From contig OY821641.1 in assembly GCA_963555995.3 (NCBI GenBank), positions 1,792,001 to 1,856,000 on the forward strand: DNA of 64,000 bases, given 5' to 3'. The translations under genes were made by a program, and so were the position numbers. The DNA is from Vicinamibacteria bacterium (GTDB lineage Bacteria; Acidobacteriota; Vicinamibacteria; Marinacidobacterales; Marinacidobacteraceae). Below the pieces are notes generated by a model, which was given only the letters and a program-made list of their open reading frames with translations, was not told the DNA's origin and ran no database searches. Below are positions 49,288 to 59,561 of this stretch, one piece after another; position 1 is the first letter of the stretch, and each line of letters opens with the position of its first letter.

Positions 49288-49483
49288 TTGGAACGCCGGC
49301 TTCAGCCGGCACCGCGGGCCGCCGGCTCGCGGGGGACGTGTCGCGGTTCGGCCTTGCGGGACGCCATGACCGGAACGTCCCGTCCGTTCGGGTCGGCGCA
49401 GAAAAAGAACCGCTCCGCCGGTGGGCGTCGCGCCATGCGCTGCGCTGTCGCGCAGCGCGTGCCGGCTGAAGCCGGCGTTCCAA
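49288..49483. repeat. REPIN
   Basis: TTGGAACGCCGGCTTCAGCCGGC ... inverse at 49461-49483. Confidence 0.8.
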
Positions 49484-49531
49484 GCCGTTTCCGCCGTGTT
49501 CATGACGTGCGGGGGGCGCGAGTGGTCCCGG

Positions 49532-49846
49532 TCATCGGGGTTTGGCCTCCCCACCCCGCGCTGTCCGCCGTTTCACGAATCCGGCCAGGCGGTCGGTGAC
49601 CGCCCGGGACCAGGGGAGGTCCTTCCCGAGCACCGCCAATCCCGCCAGGATCATCAGCACGCCCTGCAGGATCGGGAGGAAGAGCCCGATGACCCCAAGC
49701 GCGAGGAGGAGGAACCCGGAGGCAATCCGCAGGACCCGCCAGGGACGGAAGCGCCGGGCCGCCGGTTGCTGCGAAGAAGCAGTCCCGCCGGTCCGCCTGG
49801 GAGCGCCAGTTTCCGGCTGGCCCCGTCCTCCCGGTGGAGCCGGCAC
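49532..49846 (-). CDS. Small membrane protein (PGPGW-like); start uncertain
   Basis: RIASGFLLLALGVIGLFLPILQGVLMILAGLAVL...PWSR. Confidence 0.65.
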   Translation of the reverse strand: MPAPPGGRGQPETGAPRRTGGTASSQQPAARRFRPWRVLRIASGFLLLALGVIGLFLPILQGVLMILAGLAVLGKDLPWSRAVTDRLAGFVKRRTARGGEAKPR

Positions 49847-49847
49847 A

Positions 49848-50009
49848 GGAGCGCCGGTCTTCAGACCGGCACCGCGGGCCGAAAGCCTGCGGATGTCGCG
49901 TCGCAATTCGCGCTGATGAACCGAAAGCGGAACGCCACCGCGCAGGTCAGCGTCGCGCCGTGCGCTGCGCTGTGGCGCAGCGCGTGCCGGTCTGAAGACC
50001 GGCGCTCCC
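49848..50009. repeat. REPIN
   Basis: GGAGCGCCGGTCTTCAGACCGGC ... inverse; spacer resembles that of 14871-15033. Confidence 0.8.
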
Positions 50010-50157
50010 AGCCGGCGGCGCAACGTGCGCTGGTTGACGTTTCGCCGAAACCGCACTTTCGCGGCGGACTTGCCGCCGGACCCGGCCCCGGGCGGGCGGC
50101 GATAATCTGCGCTCGGTCCCGCGGCCATCGCCGTGAAGGTAGCACCCGAGCCCCATT

Positions 50158-51462
50158 TTGAAGAAGACATCCGGCCTCGCCACGGTCCCGCAGGTGCTGG
50201 CCACCTTCGCGGCCACCTTCGTCGCGATCATCCTCATCGGCGTCGTCATCGCGCGGACGGGGTTGCCGTTCGACGTCGCCATCCTCGCGACTCCGGGCGT
50301 CACCCTGCTCGTGGCGCTGGCGGCCATCCGGCTGTTCCGCCTGAACCCCTATCGCGCGTTCCGGCTCCGGCCGGCGAAGAACAGCCAGCTCCTGCTTTCG
50401 GTTCCGATCGCCCTCTCGCTGTTCGTGGTGAGCGACCAGCTCGCCAACCTGAGCCGGGCGTTCCTGCCAATCGACGAGCAACTCGTCCAGACCGTCGCCG
50501 AACTGGTGCGCGCCGAGGGACTGTTTTCCTGGCTGATCCGGCTGGCGGGCATCGGCTTCGGGGCGGCGCTCGCCGAGGAACTGCTGTTCCGGGGCGTGAT
50601 CCTCACCGGGCTCCGGCCCCTCGGCCGGGGCGGCGCCCTCGTCGTTTCGGCGTTGCTCTTCACCGTGATGCACGGCCTGCTGCTGCCCAACTACTTCGTG
50701 GCCGGGCTCGTCCTGGGACTGGCGGCGATGGCCACCCGCAGCATCCTGGTCCCGATCTCGATCCATCTCTTCCACAACGTCGCGGCGCTCCTCCTCTTCA
50801 ACCTGACCGACATCGAGACCCTGGGGGACCCCCTCTGGATTCCGGGCGGGATCCTGGTGCCGGCGGCGGGCATCCTGGCGATCGGGGTCTTCCTCTACCT
50901 GCGGGACCTGGGGGCCGAAACGGCCGGAAAACCCGCGGCGCCGGCGCCCGACGTCCCGCAGGAGACCTGGCTCCCCCCGCCTCCCCCCGGCGCGCTCAGC
51001 CTCGGGGAGGACCTGCGGGAGGTGCCCTCCGGTTCGCGCCGTCTCGGCTTCGTCTTCCTGGCGCTCGCGATGATCGCCGGGGTCTTCATCGCCGTCGGGC
51101 TCTTCATCTACCTCGGCTACCTCACCAACCCGGGGCCCCAGCGCGCCGCCGCCATCCAGCAGCTCCGCCAGATCGCCCACGAATCGCTGGCCGACGAGGC
51201 GGCGAGCCGCGAGGCCGAGATTGACGCGGCGTTCGAGACCCTGACCGAACTGAACCGCGAGGGCCGGGTCGGATTCCGGCACGTCTGGAGGGCGGCCACC
51301 GTGGTCGCCGCCGCCACCACCGACGGGGAGTTCGGGAACGGGGACGTCGAATCCCTGCTGATGGCCGTCGGGGGGATCCGCCAGGACGCCGAGGAACGGC
51401 GTCCGCGCCGGGAACCGCGTCCCGAAGCCGCGCAACCGGCCCGCGCCGGAGAAAGCGAATAG
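50158..51462 (+). CDS. CPBP (CAAX) intramembrane metalloprotease
   Basis: AEELLFRG, FTVMH, IHLFHN; multiple TM segments. Confidence 0.85.
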   Translation: MKKTSGLATVPQVLATFAATFVAIILIGVVIARTGLPFDVAILATPGVTLLVALAAIRLFRLNPYRAFRLRPAKNSQLLLSVPIALSLFVVSDQLANLSRAFLPIDEQLVQTVAELVRAEGLFSWLIRLAGIGFGAALAEELLFRGVILTGLRPLGRGGALVVSALLFTVMHGLLLPNYFVAGLVLGLAAMATRSILVPISIHLFHNVAALLLFNLTDIETLGDPLWIPGGILVPAAGILAIGVFLYLRDLGAETAGKPAAPAPDVPQETWLPPPPPGALSLGEDLREVPSGSRRLGFVFLALAMIAGVFIAVGLFIYLGYLTNPGPQRAAAIQQLRQIAHESLADEAASREAEIDAAFETLTELNREGRVGFRHVWRAATVVAAATTDGEFGNGDVESLLMAVGGIRQDAEERRPRREPRPEAAQPARAGESE

Positions 51463-51465
51463 CCG

Positions 51466-51987
51466 CTACCGCGGAACCCTCGTGCGCCGGAACCGGCCGA
51501 AGAAGAGGGGGAGCCACATCGCCGCCACTCCTCCCACCATCATCAGCCCCCCGACGAGCGGCCGCCACGACAGCAGCACGAAGCCCCCGGACAGCAGGTG
51601 GACCACGACACTCATGTAGCTGGACAGCACCACCAGCCGCATCGGGGAGTCCGAGGTCCGCATCGCGAAGAGCGGGAACATTTCGAGGACCGCGGTGAAC
51701 AGGGTGCTGCGGGCCAGGAGCGCCCACAGGTTGAGGTCCTCGCGAAAGGCCATTCCCACGATCGCGGAGAAGAGGGACGCCGCGAACGCCGACTGGTAGG
51801 GGCGGCGCCCGTCCAGCCAACGGATCATCAACGCCTTGAGCGGCGTGAACAGCGCCACCAGTCCCAGGGCGAGCAGGAAGTCCGCCGGATCTTCGATCGT
51901 GCCGGCCACCCGGACGGCCGCCAGGATGGTGAGCAGCCCCAGCGCCCCGAGGAGCGCGAATCGGGGGGAAGGGCTCGGCGCGTTCAC
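51466..51987 (-). CDS. Hypothetical membrane protein
   Basis: Several hydrophobic segments; start overlaps the lysA stop. Confidence 0.65.
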   Translation of the reverse strand: MNAPSPSPRFALLGALGLLTILAAVRVAGTIEDPADFLLALGLVALFTPLKALMIRWLDGRRPYQSAFAASLFSAIVGMAFREDLNLWALLARSTLFTAVLEMFPLFAMRTSDSPMRLVVLSSYMSVVVHLLSGGFVLLSWRPLVGGLMMVGGVAAMWLPLFFGRFRRTRVPR

Positions 51988-53288
51988 CAGGAAACCCCCG
52001 CCGGCTGCCGGCCGAGTTCGCGGGCGGCGAGGTCCGCCGGCGTCTCCGCGGGCCGGGCCAGGACCGCGCCTCCGTCCCGGACCACGACCTCGGCGGGCCG
52101 CGGACGCAGGTTGACGTTGGAAGCCATCGAGTAGCCGTAGGCGCCGGCGTCGAGCACGGCGAGCAGGTCTCCCGGCTCGGGGGGCGGCAGCGCGCGGTCA
52201 CGCGCGAAAGCGTCGCCGGACTCGCACACCCCGCCCACCACGTCGAAGATGCGCTCCGGTCCCGGGCGGGGGGCAACCGGCGCCACCCGGTGCCAGGCGC
52301 CGTAGAGCGCCGGCCGCAGGAAGTCGTTCATGCCCCCGTCCACCACGCAGAACTCCCGGGTTCCCGTCCGCTTGGTGTGGAGCACCCGGACCACGAGGGC
52401 GCCCGCCGGCCCGAAGAGCGCCCGTCCCGGCTCGAAGACGACCGCGGGGTCGGCATCGGCGCCTTCGCTCTCCAGGACCTCGCGGAGCGTTCCGAGGACC
52501 CGGGCGGCATAGGCGGACATCGGAATCTCTTCCTCCCCGTCCCGCTGCGGGATCCCGAGCCCGCCGCCGACGTCCACGACCCGCACCGGCAGACCCGCGC
52601 CGCGCAGCCGGGCGAACACCCTTCCGAGCCGCTCGGCGCTCCGCGCCAGCGTGGCGAGCTCCCGGATCTGGGACCCGACGTGCGCGTGGACCCCGAGGAT
52701 CTCCACACCCCGCCAGTCGCGGGCTCCGGAGGCCAGCGCGAGGAGGTCCGCCGCCGCCATCCCGAACTTGGCGGCGCGGGTGCCGGTGGCGATCTTCGGA
52801 TGGGTCGCGGCCTCGACCCCGGGATTGAGGCGGAGGAGGGCGCGGGCCCGGCGGCCGCGGCGAAGCGCCAGGCGGTTCAGGAGTTCCAGTTCGCCCCGCG
52901 ATTCGACCGAGACGAAGCGCACGCCGAGATCGAGCGCCGTATCGAGGTCCGCCGGGGTCTTGCCGACCCCGGACATCACGATGCGGTCTCCCGTGAACCC
53001 GAGCCCGTCGGCGACCAGCAGTTCGGCCGCCGAGACCGCCTCCACCCCCGCCCCCAGCTCCCGCAGCGGGGTCAGCAGCGCCGGGAGGGCGTTCGCCTTG
53101 AGCGCCACCGCGACGAGGTGCTCGGCGCCCGCGAGCGCCTCCTGGAGCGCGGCGAAACGCGCGACGACCGCGCGCGAGCTGTACACGTAGGCCGGGGTCC
53201 CGGCTCCCGCCTCGGCCAGCGCCGCGTCCAGGCACAGCCCGTCCGCAGCGAGGCGACCGTCCGTCCCGGGACGAAAAACGGAGTGCAA
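51984..53288 (-). CDS. lysA: Diaminopimelate decarboxylase
   Basis: GTPAYVY, ALKAN, HAHVGSQI, DVGGGLG, EPGR, RPALYGAWH, GGVCESGD, AGAYG. Confidence 0.95.
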   Translation of the reverse strand: MHSVFRPGTDGRLAADGLCLDAALAEAGAGTPAYVYSSRAVVARFAALQEALAGAEHLVAVALKANALPALLTPLRELGAGVEAVSAAELLVADGLGFTGDRIVMSGVGKTPADLDTALDLGVRFVSVESRGELELLNRLALRRGRRARALLRLNPGVEAATHPKIATGTRAAKFGMAAADLLALASGARDWRGVEILGVHAHVGSQIRELATLARSAERLGRVFARLRGAGLPVRVVDVGGGLGIPQRDGEEEIPMSAYAARVLGTLREVLESEGADADPAVVFEPGRALFGPAGALVVRVLHTKRTGTREFCVVDGGMNDFLRPALYGAWHRVAPVAPRPGPERIFDVVGGVCESGDAFARDRALPPPEPGDLLAVLDAGAYGYSMASNVNLRPRPAEVVVRDGGAVLARPAETPADLAARELGRQPAGVSW

Positions 53289-53437
53289 GGTTCTGGGAGC
53301 CTGGTCCCGGCCGGGCCGCGCGCCGATCCGCAAGGACTTCCGGCTCGGGAGGCGGCGGGGGCGCCTTCGCCGAGGGCCGCAGGGGGGTTCCGAATGTATC
53401 ATCGAGAGCCGTTTCGAGACGCCCGGAGGCTTTCCCC

Positions 53438-54634
53438 ATGACTCGATGGTTCCGATTCCCCGCTGCATCCGTCCTGTTCGTCGTCGCACTTGGCTGCGGT
53501 GGCGGCGCGGGAGAAACGCCCGAGGCCCCGGCGCCGGCGGGGGATCTCGGCCTCCCCTTCTCCGAATACCGGGAGAGCGGCGACCTCGTGTACCTGGCGG
53601 GCGCCCTCGGCAACGTGCCGGGAACGCTCGATCTCGTGCCGGGAGGCATCGAGGCGCAGGTCCGCCAGACGATGGACAACCTCGGCGCCACGCTGGAGAG
53701 CGCCGGGCTCGACTTCTCGCGGGTCGCGGCGGTCAATGTCTATCTCTCGGACGTCCGGCACTTCCAGGCGATGAACGGGGTGTACCGCGAGTACTTCCCG
53801 GAGGACCCCCCGACGCGGGCCACCGTCGAGGCGGGCATCGCGATCCCGGGGGCGCTCGTCGAGATCTCGATGGTGGCGGTGAAAGCCGGGGTCGAGCGCG
53901 AGGTGATCAACCCCGAGGCGATGAAGAGCCCGGAGCTTCCCTATTCCTGGGGGATCAGGGCGGGCGACACGCTCTTCGTCGCCGGCGCCACCGCCCGCGA
54001 CCCGGACACCTACCAGCCGGTCGCCGGGGGCGTCACCGAGCAGATGGCGCGCATCATGGGGAACATCGGGCTCGTCCTCGAAGCGGGGGGAATGGACTAC
54101 GCGGACGTCGCCAACTGCCGGGTGTTCCTCGATGACCCGCGCACCTTCGGCGAGATGAACGCGGCCTACCGGGAGTTCTTCCCCGAGGATCCCCCCACCC
54201 GCGCCACGGTCGAGGCCCGGCTCGCCAACCCGCTCTTCACGGCGGAAGTGCAGTGCGTGGCCTCAAGCGCCGAGCGGAGCGTGCTGGCGCCCGACGGTCC
54301 CCGCTCGGGAAGCCCGCTCTCGCCCGGTATCTGGGCCGGCGACCGGCTCTATCTCTCGGGCATGGTGGCGCCGGGCCCGGACCGCAGCGAGGACGCCGGG
54401 GACCAGACGCGCGCCGTGCTCGGGCGGCTGAGCGCCGCACTCGAGGCCGGCGGGCTGAGCTTCTCGGACGTGGACGACGCGATGGTCTACCTCGAGGACA
54501 TGCGCGACTACGCCGCGATGAACGAGGTGTACCGGGAGGTCGTCGGCGCCCCGTTCCCGCCCCGCGCCACGGTGGAGACCCAGATGATGGGCGCCGGCAT
54601 CAAGGTCGAGATCATGATGACCGCAACCCGGTAG
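53438..54634 (+). CDS. Lipoprotein with three tandem RidA (YjgF/YER057c/UK114) domains
   Basis: Lipobox VALGC; three repeats of MN.VY/AY..F...PP(T/P)RATVE. Confidence 0.88.
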   Translation: MTRWFRFPAASVLFVVALGCGGGAGETPEAPAPAGDLGLPFSEYRESGDLVYLAGALGNVPGTLDLVPGGIEAQVRQTMDNLGATLESAGLDFSRVAAVNVYLSDVRHFQAMNGVYREYFPEDPPTRATVEAGIAIPGALVEISMVAVKAGVEREVINPEAMKSPELPYSWGIRAGDTLFVAGATARDPDTYQPVAGGVTEQMARIMGNIGLVLEAGGMDYADVANCRVFLDDPRTFGEMNAAYREFFPEDPPTRATVEARLANPLFTAEVQCVASSAERSVLAPDGPRSGSPLSPGIWAGDRLYLSGMVAPGPDRSEDAGDQTRAVLGRLSAALEAGGLSFSDVDDAMVYLEDMRDYAAMNEVYREVVGAPFPPRATVETQMMGAGIKVEIMMTATR

Positions 54635-54675
54635 GCAGTCGAGCCCGCACGTCGCAACCCCCACGGCGCAACGGC

Positions 54676-54916
54676 TTGGAGCGCCGGCTTCAGCCGGCAC
54701 AGCCCGCCGCAGGCGGGCGCCGGGGCGGACCCCATCCGCGAGGATGGCGCGACGGCCGGGAACGCCGGCTTCAGCCGGCACAGCCCGCCGCAGGCGGGCG
54801 CCGGGACAGACCCCATCCGCGAGGATGGCGCGGCTGCGCGCGCCAATGCACCCGGGGCGGCGACGAACCGTCCGCGACCCTGCGGGCCGCGGCGCCGGCT
54901 GAAGCCGGCGTTCCAA
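54676..54916. repeat. REP mosaic: two direct arms (82-bp period) plus one inverted arm
   Basis: Arms at 54676 and 54758, inverse at 54894-54916; duplicated spacer ACAGCCCGCCGCAGGCGGGCGCCGGG..CCCCATCCGCGAGGATGGCGCG. Confidence 0.8.
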
Positions 54917-55004
54917 GCCGGCGGCGCCATCACGGCGCTGGCCAACCCCGCTCGACCGCGTTTTCACAGCGGGGGCCGCGTGGATTTCACCACCGGCATT
55001 GCCG

Positions 55005-56114
55005 CTACGCGTCGTCGAAGGAGACCGTCTTCAGCAGCGCGAACACCTCGCGGCCGGGTTCGAGCCCGAGCTCGGAGGCGGCGTCCCGGGTGATCCGGGC
55101 CACGAGCCGCTGATCCGCGATCGCGACGCCCACTTCGGTGAAGGGAGTCTCCGGCAGGCCGCGCACCTCGACGATGCGGCCGCGCAGCACGTTCCGGATG
55201 CTGATCGCGGTCGGCGCCTCCGTGGCGAGCGCCACGTCCCGGGCCCGCACCCGCAGGCGCGCCTCGGTTCCGGTCGGACGCTCGGCGCCCGGGACCCGGA
55301 GGCGCTGTCCGCCGAGGTCGAGCTCCGACAGCCCGAGGGCCGGAAGCCGCGCCCGGACGGTCGCCGTCAGCACGCTGCCGGCCTCGAACCGCGAGAGCAG
55401 ATCGCCGGCCGGCAGGTGATGGATCGCCCGCGCGGCCGGGGCCGCGCCGGTGACGGAGCCGCTCGCGATCGGGGCGATCCGGTGCGCGACGTCCACCACC
55501 TCCCCGAGGTCGTGGCTGACGTAGAGGATCACCATGCCGGACGCCTCGCCCAGGGCGCGCAGCCAGGGCAGGATGGCCGCGCGGGCCGGGCGGTGGAGGC
55601 CCGACAGGGGCTCGTCGAGCAGGAGCGCCGCGGGACGCGCGAGCAGCGCCCGCGCCAGCGAAACGCGCTGGCGCTCACCCCCCGAGAGCCCCCGCGGCAG
55701 GCGCCCGAGCTGCCCGTCGAGTCCGAGACGTTCCACGACCCCGGCGAAGGAAACGAGCGGGTCCGCTTCCGGCTCGCCGCTGCGGCGCTCGGCGTAGCGG
55801 AGGTTGCCCTCGACGGTGAGGTGATCGAACAGGGCCGGCTCCTGGAAGGCGAACCCGATCCGCCGGCGATGCGCCGGCACGAAGACGCCGCGGCGGTCGT
55901 CCTGCCAGGTGGCCGGCCCGAGGGCGAGCCGTCCGGGAAGGCGGGTGAGGCCGGCGACCGCGCGGAGGAGCGTCGTCTTGCCGCTGCCGGAAGGACCGAA
56001 GATCGCGGTCGTTTCCCCGGCCCGGGCCTCGAAGGCCGCCTCGATTCGCAGTTCTCCGACCGCTCCCCGCAGCCCCACTTCGAGCGCGCCGGGCGCGGCG
56101 CCCGAGCCGGTCAC
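55005..56114 (-). CDS. modC: Molybdate ABC transporter ATPase
   Basis: [31 protein letters not shown]-terminal TOBE (ISIRNVL). Confidence 0.93.
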   Translation of the reverse strand: MTGSGAAPGALEVGLRGAVGELRIEAAFEARAGETTAIFGPSGSGKTTLLRAVAGLTRLPGRLALGPATWQDDRRGVFVPAHRRRIGFAFQEPALFDHLTVEGNLRYAERRSGEPEADPLVSFAGVVERLGLDGQLGRLPRGLSGGERQRVSLARALLARPAALLLDEPLSGLHRPARAAILPWLRALGEASGMVILYVSHDLGEVVDVAHRIAPIASGSVTGAAPAARAIHHLPAGDLLSRFEAGSVLTATVRARLPALGLSELDLGGQRLRVPGAERPTGTEARLRVRARDVALATEAPTAISIRNVLRGRIVEVRGLPETPFTEVGVAIADQRLVARITRDAASELGLEPGREVFALLKTVSFDDA

Positions 56115-56791
56115 CGGTCCCCGCCTCCCATCTTCCTCTGGAGGCTGAGGGTCAGCGCCACCACCACGAAGGAAAACGCCAGCAGGCTCCCGGAAAGCAG
56201 GTGCGCCGTGCCCCACTCCATGAGTTCCACGTGGTCGTAGATGGCGATGGACAACACCCGGGTGGCGCCCGGAATGTTGCCGCCGATCATCAGGATGACC
56301 CCGAACTCTCCGACGGTGTGGGCGAAACCGAGCACCGCGCCGGCGATCAGGCCGGGCCGGGCGAGCGGTACCGCGACGGTCCAGAAGGCGTCCCAGGGTG
56401 AGGCGCGGAGCGTGGCGGCCGCCTCCAGCGGACGGTCGCCCACCGCTTCGAAGGCGCTGCGGATGGGCTGCACGGTGAACGGCAGCGAATAGATGACCGA
56501 CCCGATCACGAGGCCCGGGAAGGAGAACGCGAGGGACCGGTCGCCGAACAGCCGGGCGACGAAACCCCCGGGCCCGTCGGGACCCAGGGCGATCAGCAGG
56601 TAGAAGCCGAGCACGGTGGGCGGCAGGACGAGCGGAAGCGCGACCAGCGCCGCCACCGCTTCCCGGAAACGGAACCGCGTCCTGGCCAACCACCAGGCGA
56701 TCGGGGTCCCGAGGAGCAGCAGGAAGACCGTCGTCATCCCCGCCAGCTCGAGGGTGAGCCGGACGGGCGGCCAGAGGGTCTCGGCGTTCAC
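56111..56791 (-). CDS. modB: Molybdate ABC transporter permease
   Basis: [24 protein letters not shown]. Confidence 0.95.
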   Translation of the reverse strand: MNAETLWPPVRLTLELAGMTTVFLLLLGTPIAWWLARTRFRFREAVAALVALPLVLPPTVLGFYLLIALGPDGPGGFVARLFGDRSLAFSFPGLVIGSVIYSLPFTVQPIRSAFEAVGDRPLEAAATLRASPWDAFWTVAVPLARPGLIAGAVLGFAHTVGEFGVILMIGGNIPGATRVLSIAIYDHVELMEWGTAHLLSGSLLAFSFVVVALTLSLQRKMGGGDR

Positions 56792-57579
56792 GGTCCGCGG
56801 CGTCCGCCGGGCGCCGTCTGTTCGGTGCGGTAGCCGTGCCGGCGAAGGATTTCCCGGGCGGTCGCCGACCCGAGGAAATCGAGGAAGCGGGCGGCGGCCG
56901 GGTTGTCGCGGCCGGCCTCGAGCAGCACCGCCTGCTGCCGGATGGGGGCGTGGAGGTGTTCGGGGACGAGCCACCGGGACCCGTCCGCGCTCCGGACAAC
57001 CTGGGAGAGGGCGAGGAACCCCAGCTCGGCGTTGCCGGTACGGACGAACTGGTGCGCCTGGGACACGTTCATGCCGATGACCTGACGGTCCCGCACGACG
57101 TCTTCGACCCCGAGCGCCCGGGCCGCCTCGAGCGCCGCTCGGCCGTAGGGGGCGAGCGCCGGATTCGCCAGCGCGATGCGCCGGAGGCCGGGGTCCCGGA
57201 GGGCGTCAGGGCCGGCGACCCGCCCCGTGTCCGTGCTGAAGAGCACGAGCCTCCCCACCGCGTAGGTCCGGCGGCTGCCGGGAACGGCGAGTCCCTCGCG
57301 CTCCGCGAGCTCCGGGCGCGCCTCGTCGGCCGCGAGGAACACCTCGAAGGGAGCGCCCTGGAGGATCTGGGCGTAGAGCTGGCCAGTCGAGCCGAAGCTG
57401 AGGAGCGCGCGGTCTCCGGTGGCGTCCTCGAACGCGGCGGCGATCTCGCGAGCGGCCGCGGTGAAGTTGGCGGCCACCGCCACCGTGACGATATTGACGC
57501 CCGGTGGTGTCCCTGCGAACGCGGCTCCGGCGAGCAGGTGCACGATCAGGATCGCGGACGGCAGGGCGGGTCGCGTCAT
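56788..57579 (-). CDS. modA: Molybdate-binding periplasmic protein
   Basis: [28 protein letters not shown]. Confidence 0.95.
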   Translation of the reverse strand: MTRPALPSAILIVHLLAGAAFAGTPPGVNIVTVAVAANFTAAAREIAAAFEDATGDRALLSFGSTGQLYAQILQGAPFEVFLAADEARPELAEREGLAVPGSRRTYAVGRLVLFSTDTGRVAGPDALRDPGLRRIALANPALAPYGRAALEAARALGVEDVVRDRQVIGMNVSQAHQFVRTGNAELGFLALSQVVRSADGSRWLVPEHLHAPIRQQAVLLEAGRDNPAAARFLDFLGSATAREILRRHGYRTEQTAPGGRRGP

Positions 57580-57617
57580 CGCTTCGACCTGACGGACGTC
57601 GGGCCTGCGGACACGGC

Positions 57618-57860
57618 TTGGAACGCCGGCTTCAGCCGGCACCGCGGGCCGAAGGTCCGCGGACGTCGTGCCGGCATCCGCGGTGATGGACCGCGAGCCG
57701 AACGCCATAGCCCGGGACAGCGTCGTGCCGTCCGCTGCGCTCCGCGCCGCGGGTGCCGGCTGAAGCCGGCGCTCCAAGCCGACGCGTCCTCCGCGCAGAT
57801 CAGCCATACGTCGGTCCGCTGCGCTCCGCGCAGCGGGTGCCGGCTGAAGCCGGCGTTCCA
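57618..57860. repeat. REPIN plus extra inverted arm
   Basis: Arm at 57618; inverse arms at 57755 and 57839. Confidence 0.8.
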
Positions 57861-57878
57861 GCCGGTGTGTCATACGGA

Positions 57879-59561
57879 TCAGGAGCCTGTCCGGCCGGGG
57901 CCTGGGCAGTCCCGGGGTTCCACCAGCAGCAGGTAGCGGCCGGGGGCCGCCTCAATTTCGTGTTCGCAGCCCGAGAGCCAGCGCACCCGCACCCGGAAGG
58001 GGCCGGCCTCGGATCCCAGGCCGAAGAGAACGCGGGGATCGCTTGAAGCGAGGTAGCTCCCCGCCGACCGTGCCTCCCGCACCCGGGAGCCGCCGTCGCC
58101 GGTCAGGACGAGCCGGGTCCCAACGCCGTCGCGCGGGCTCCGGCGACCCACCAGCCGGAACCCCGCCCAGGCGGCGGCGGTGTCGGTGTCGTTGCGGAAG
58201 AGCGCCGGCGAGCCGTTCATGACGGTCGCGAGCAGGTCGGGGTCGCCGTCGTCGTCGTAGTCGGCGAAGGCCGCGCCGCGGTACACGCGCGGGACCTCGA
58301 GCGCGGTCGGCGGGACCTCGTCGAAACCGCCGTCCGTCCGGTTCCGGAAGACGAGGCCCCGCTGGGCGTAGTCGCTCTCGGTGATGCCTCCCTCGACCTC
58401 GGGATAGACGTGCCCGTTCAGGACCACCAGGTCCAGCCAGCCGTCCCGGTCCAGGTCGCGGAACCCGGTCCCCCAGCCGAGATAGGGATAGCTCGGTTCG
58501 GCCACCCCGGCGGCGAACGACTCGTCGAGGAACCAGCCCCCTCCCACCGCCCGGTAGATGGTGTTGTAGTCATGGGAGAAGTTCGTGACCACGATGTCGA
58601 GCTGCCCGTCGTTGTCGTAGTCGCCGAGGTCCACCCCCATGCCCGCCTGCGCGCGGCCGTCCTCGTTGTAGGCGACCCCCGCGGCAAGGCCCACATCGGT
58701 GAAGTCGAACCCCCGGGCACCGGTGTCGTTCCGGTAGAGGTTGTTGGGGGTCTGGTCGTTCGCCACGTAGACGTCGAGGTCCCCGTCGTCGTCGAGATCG
58801 CCGAACACGACCCCGAGACCGAAGTACCGCTCCGCGCCGATCGCCTGCCCCTCCACCCGCGTGAAGCGGCCGTCGGGAAGTCCCCGGTAGAGGAGGGCCG
58901 GCGCCGGGGTCAGGCCGTTCGGGCCGCACATCACCGGCAGCCCCCGGAAGAAGCAGAACGGCTCTTCTCCCGGCCGTGGTGTCTCCTCCACCCGGAAGTC
59001 CACGTAGTTCACGACCACGAGGTCGGAGACGCCGTCCCGGTCCAGGTCGCCGAACGCGGCCCCCGCCCCCCACTGCGGATCGTCCAGCCCCACCTCCCGG
59101 CCGACCTCCGCGAACGTCCCGTCGCCCCGGTTCCGGTAGAAGAGGTTCCTCCCGTAGCGCGTGACCAGGAGATCGAGGTCGCCGTCGTTGTCGTGGTCCA
59201 CGACGAACGCGCCCTGCCCCCAGCCGTAGGACTCGAGCCCGGCGGGGCCCGTCACCTCCCGGAAGCGCCCGCCGCCCTCGTTCCGGAACAGCGCGTTCGA
59301 AAGGCTCTGGCTCGCGTCGTACCCGAGGCGGGACCCGTTGACGAGGAACAGGTCCAGGTCCTCGTCGCCGTCGTAGTCGAAGAACGCCGCGCCGGTCCCG
59401 GTCGTCTCGAGGATGAAGTCCTTGCTGCGGACGCCGCCGTACATGTTGATGAAACGGATGCCCGACGCCTCCGCCACCTCGGTGAAACGGATGTCCGGCT
59501 GGGCGGACACGACCGCCGCCAGCACGAGGAGGGCCCCGGCCATGGCGCTGACGGCCTTCAT
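57879..59561 (-). CDS. CRTAC1-like FG-GAP/ASPIC-UnbV protein
   Basis: Signal peptide; repeated DxDxDGxLD; YLASSDPRVLFGLG. Confidence 0.88.
   Translation of the reverse strand: MKAVSAMAGALLVLAAVVSAQPDIRFTEVAEASGIRFINMYGGVRSKDFILETTGTGAAFFDYDGDEDLDLFLVNGSRLGYDASQSLSNALFRNEGGGRFREVTGPAGLESYGWGQGAFVVDHDNDGDLDLLVTRYGRNLFYRNRGDGTFAEVGREVGLDDPQWGAGAAFGDLDRDGVSDLVVVNYVDFRVEETPRPGEEPFCFFRGLPVMCGPNGLTPAPALLYRGLPDGRFTRVEGQAIGAERYFGLGVVFGDLDDDGDLDVYVANDQTPNNLYRNDTGARGFDFTDVGLAAGVAYNEDGRAQAGMGVDLGDYDNDGQLDIVVTNFSHDYNTIYRAVGGGWFLDESFAAGVAEPSYPYLGWGTGFRDLDRDGWLDLVVLNGHVYPEVEGGITESDYAQRGLVFRNRTDGGFDEVPPTALEVPRVYRGAAFADYDDDGDPDLLATVMNGSPALFRNDTDTAAAWAGFRLVGRRSPRDGVGTRLVLTGDGGSRVREARSAGSYLASSDPRVLFGLGSEAGPFRVRVRWLSGCEHEIEAAPGRYLLLVEPRDCPGPGRTGS

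Noticed and set aside
49259-49483. REPIN-derived N-terminal extensions on LigA (also ModA 57580-57873 and TPR 62182-62397)
   Set aside because: Each gene has a plausible start codon downstream of the repeat, unlike the M50 protease
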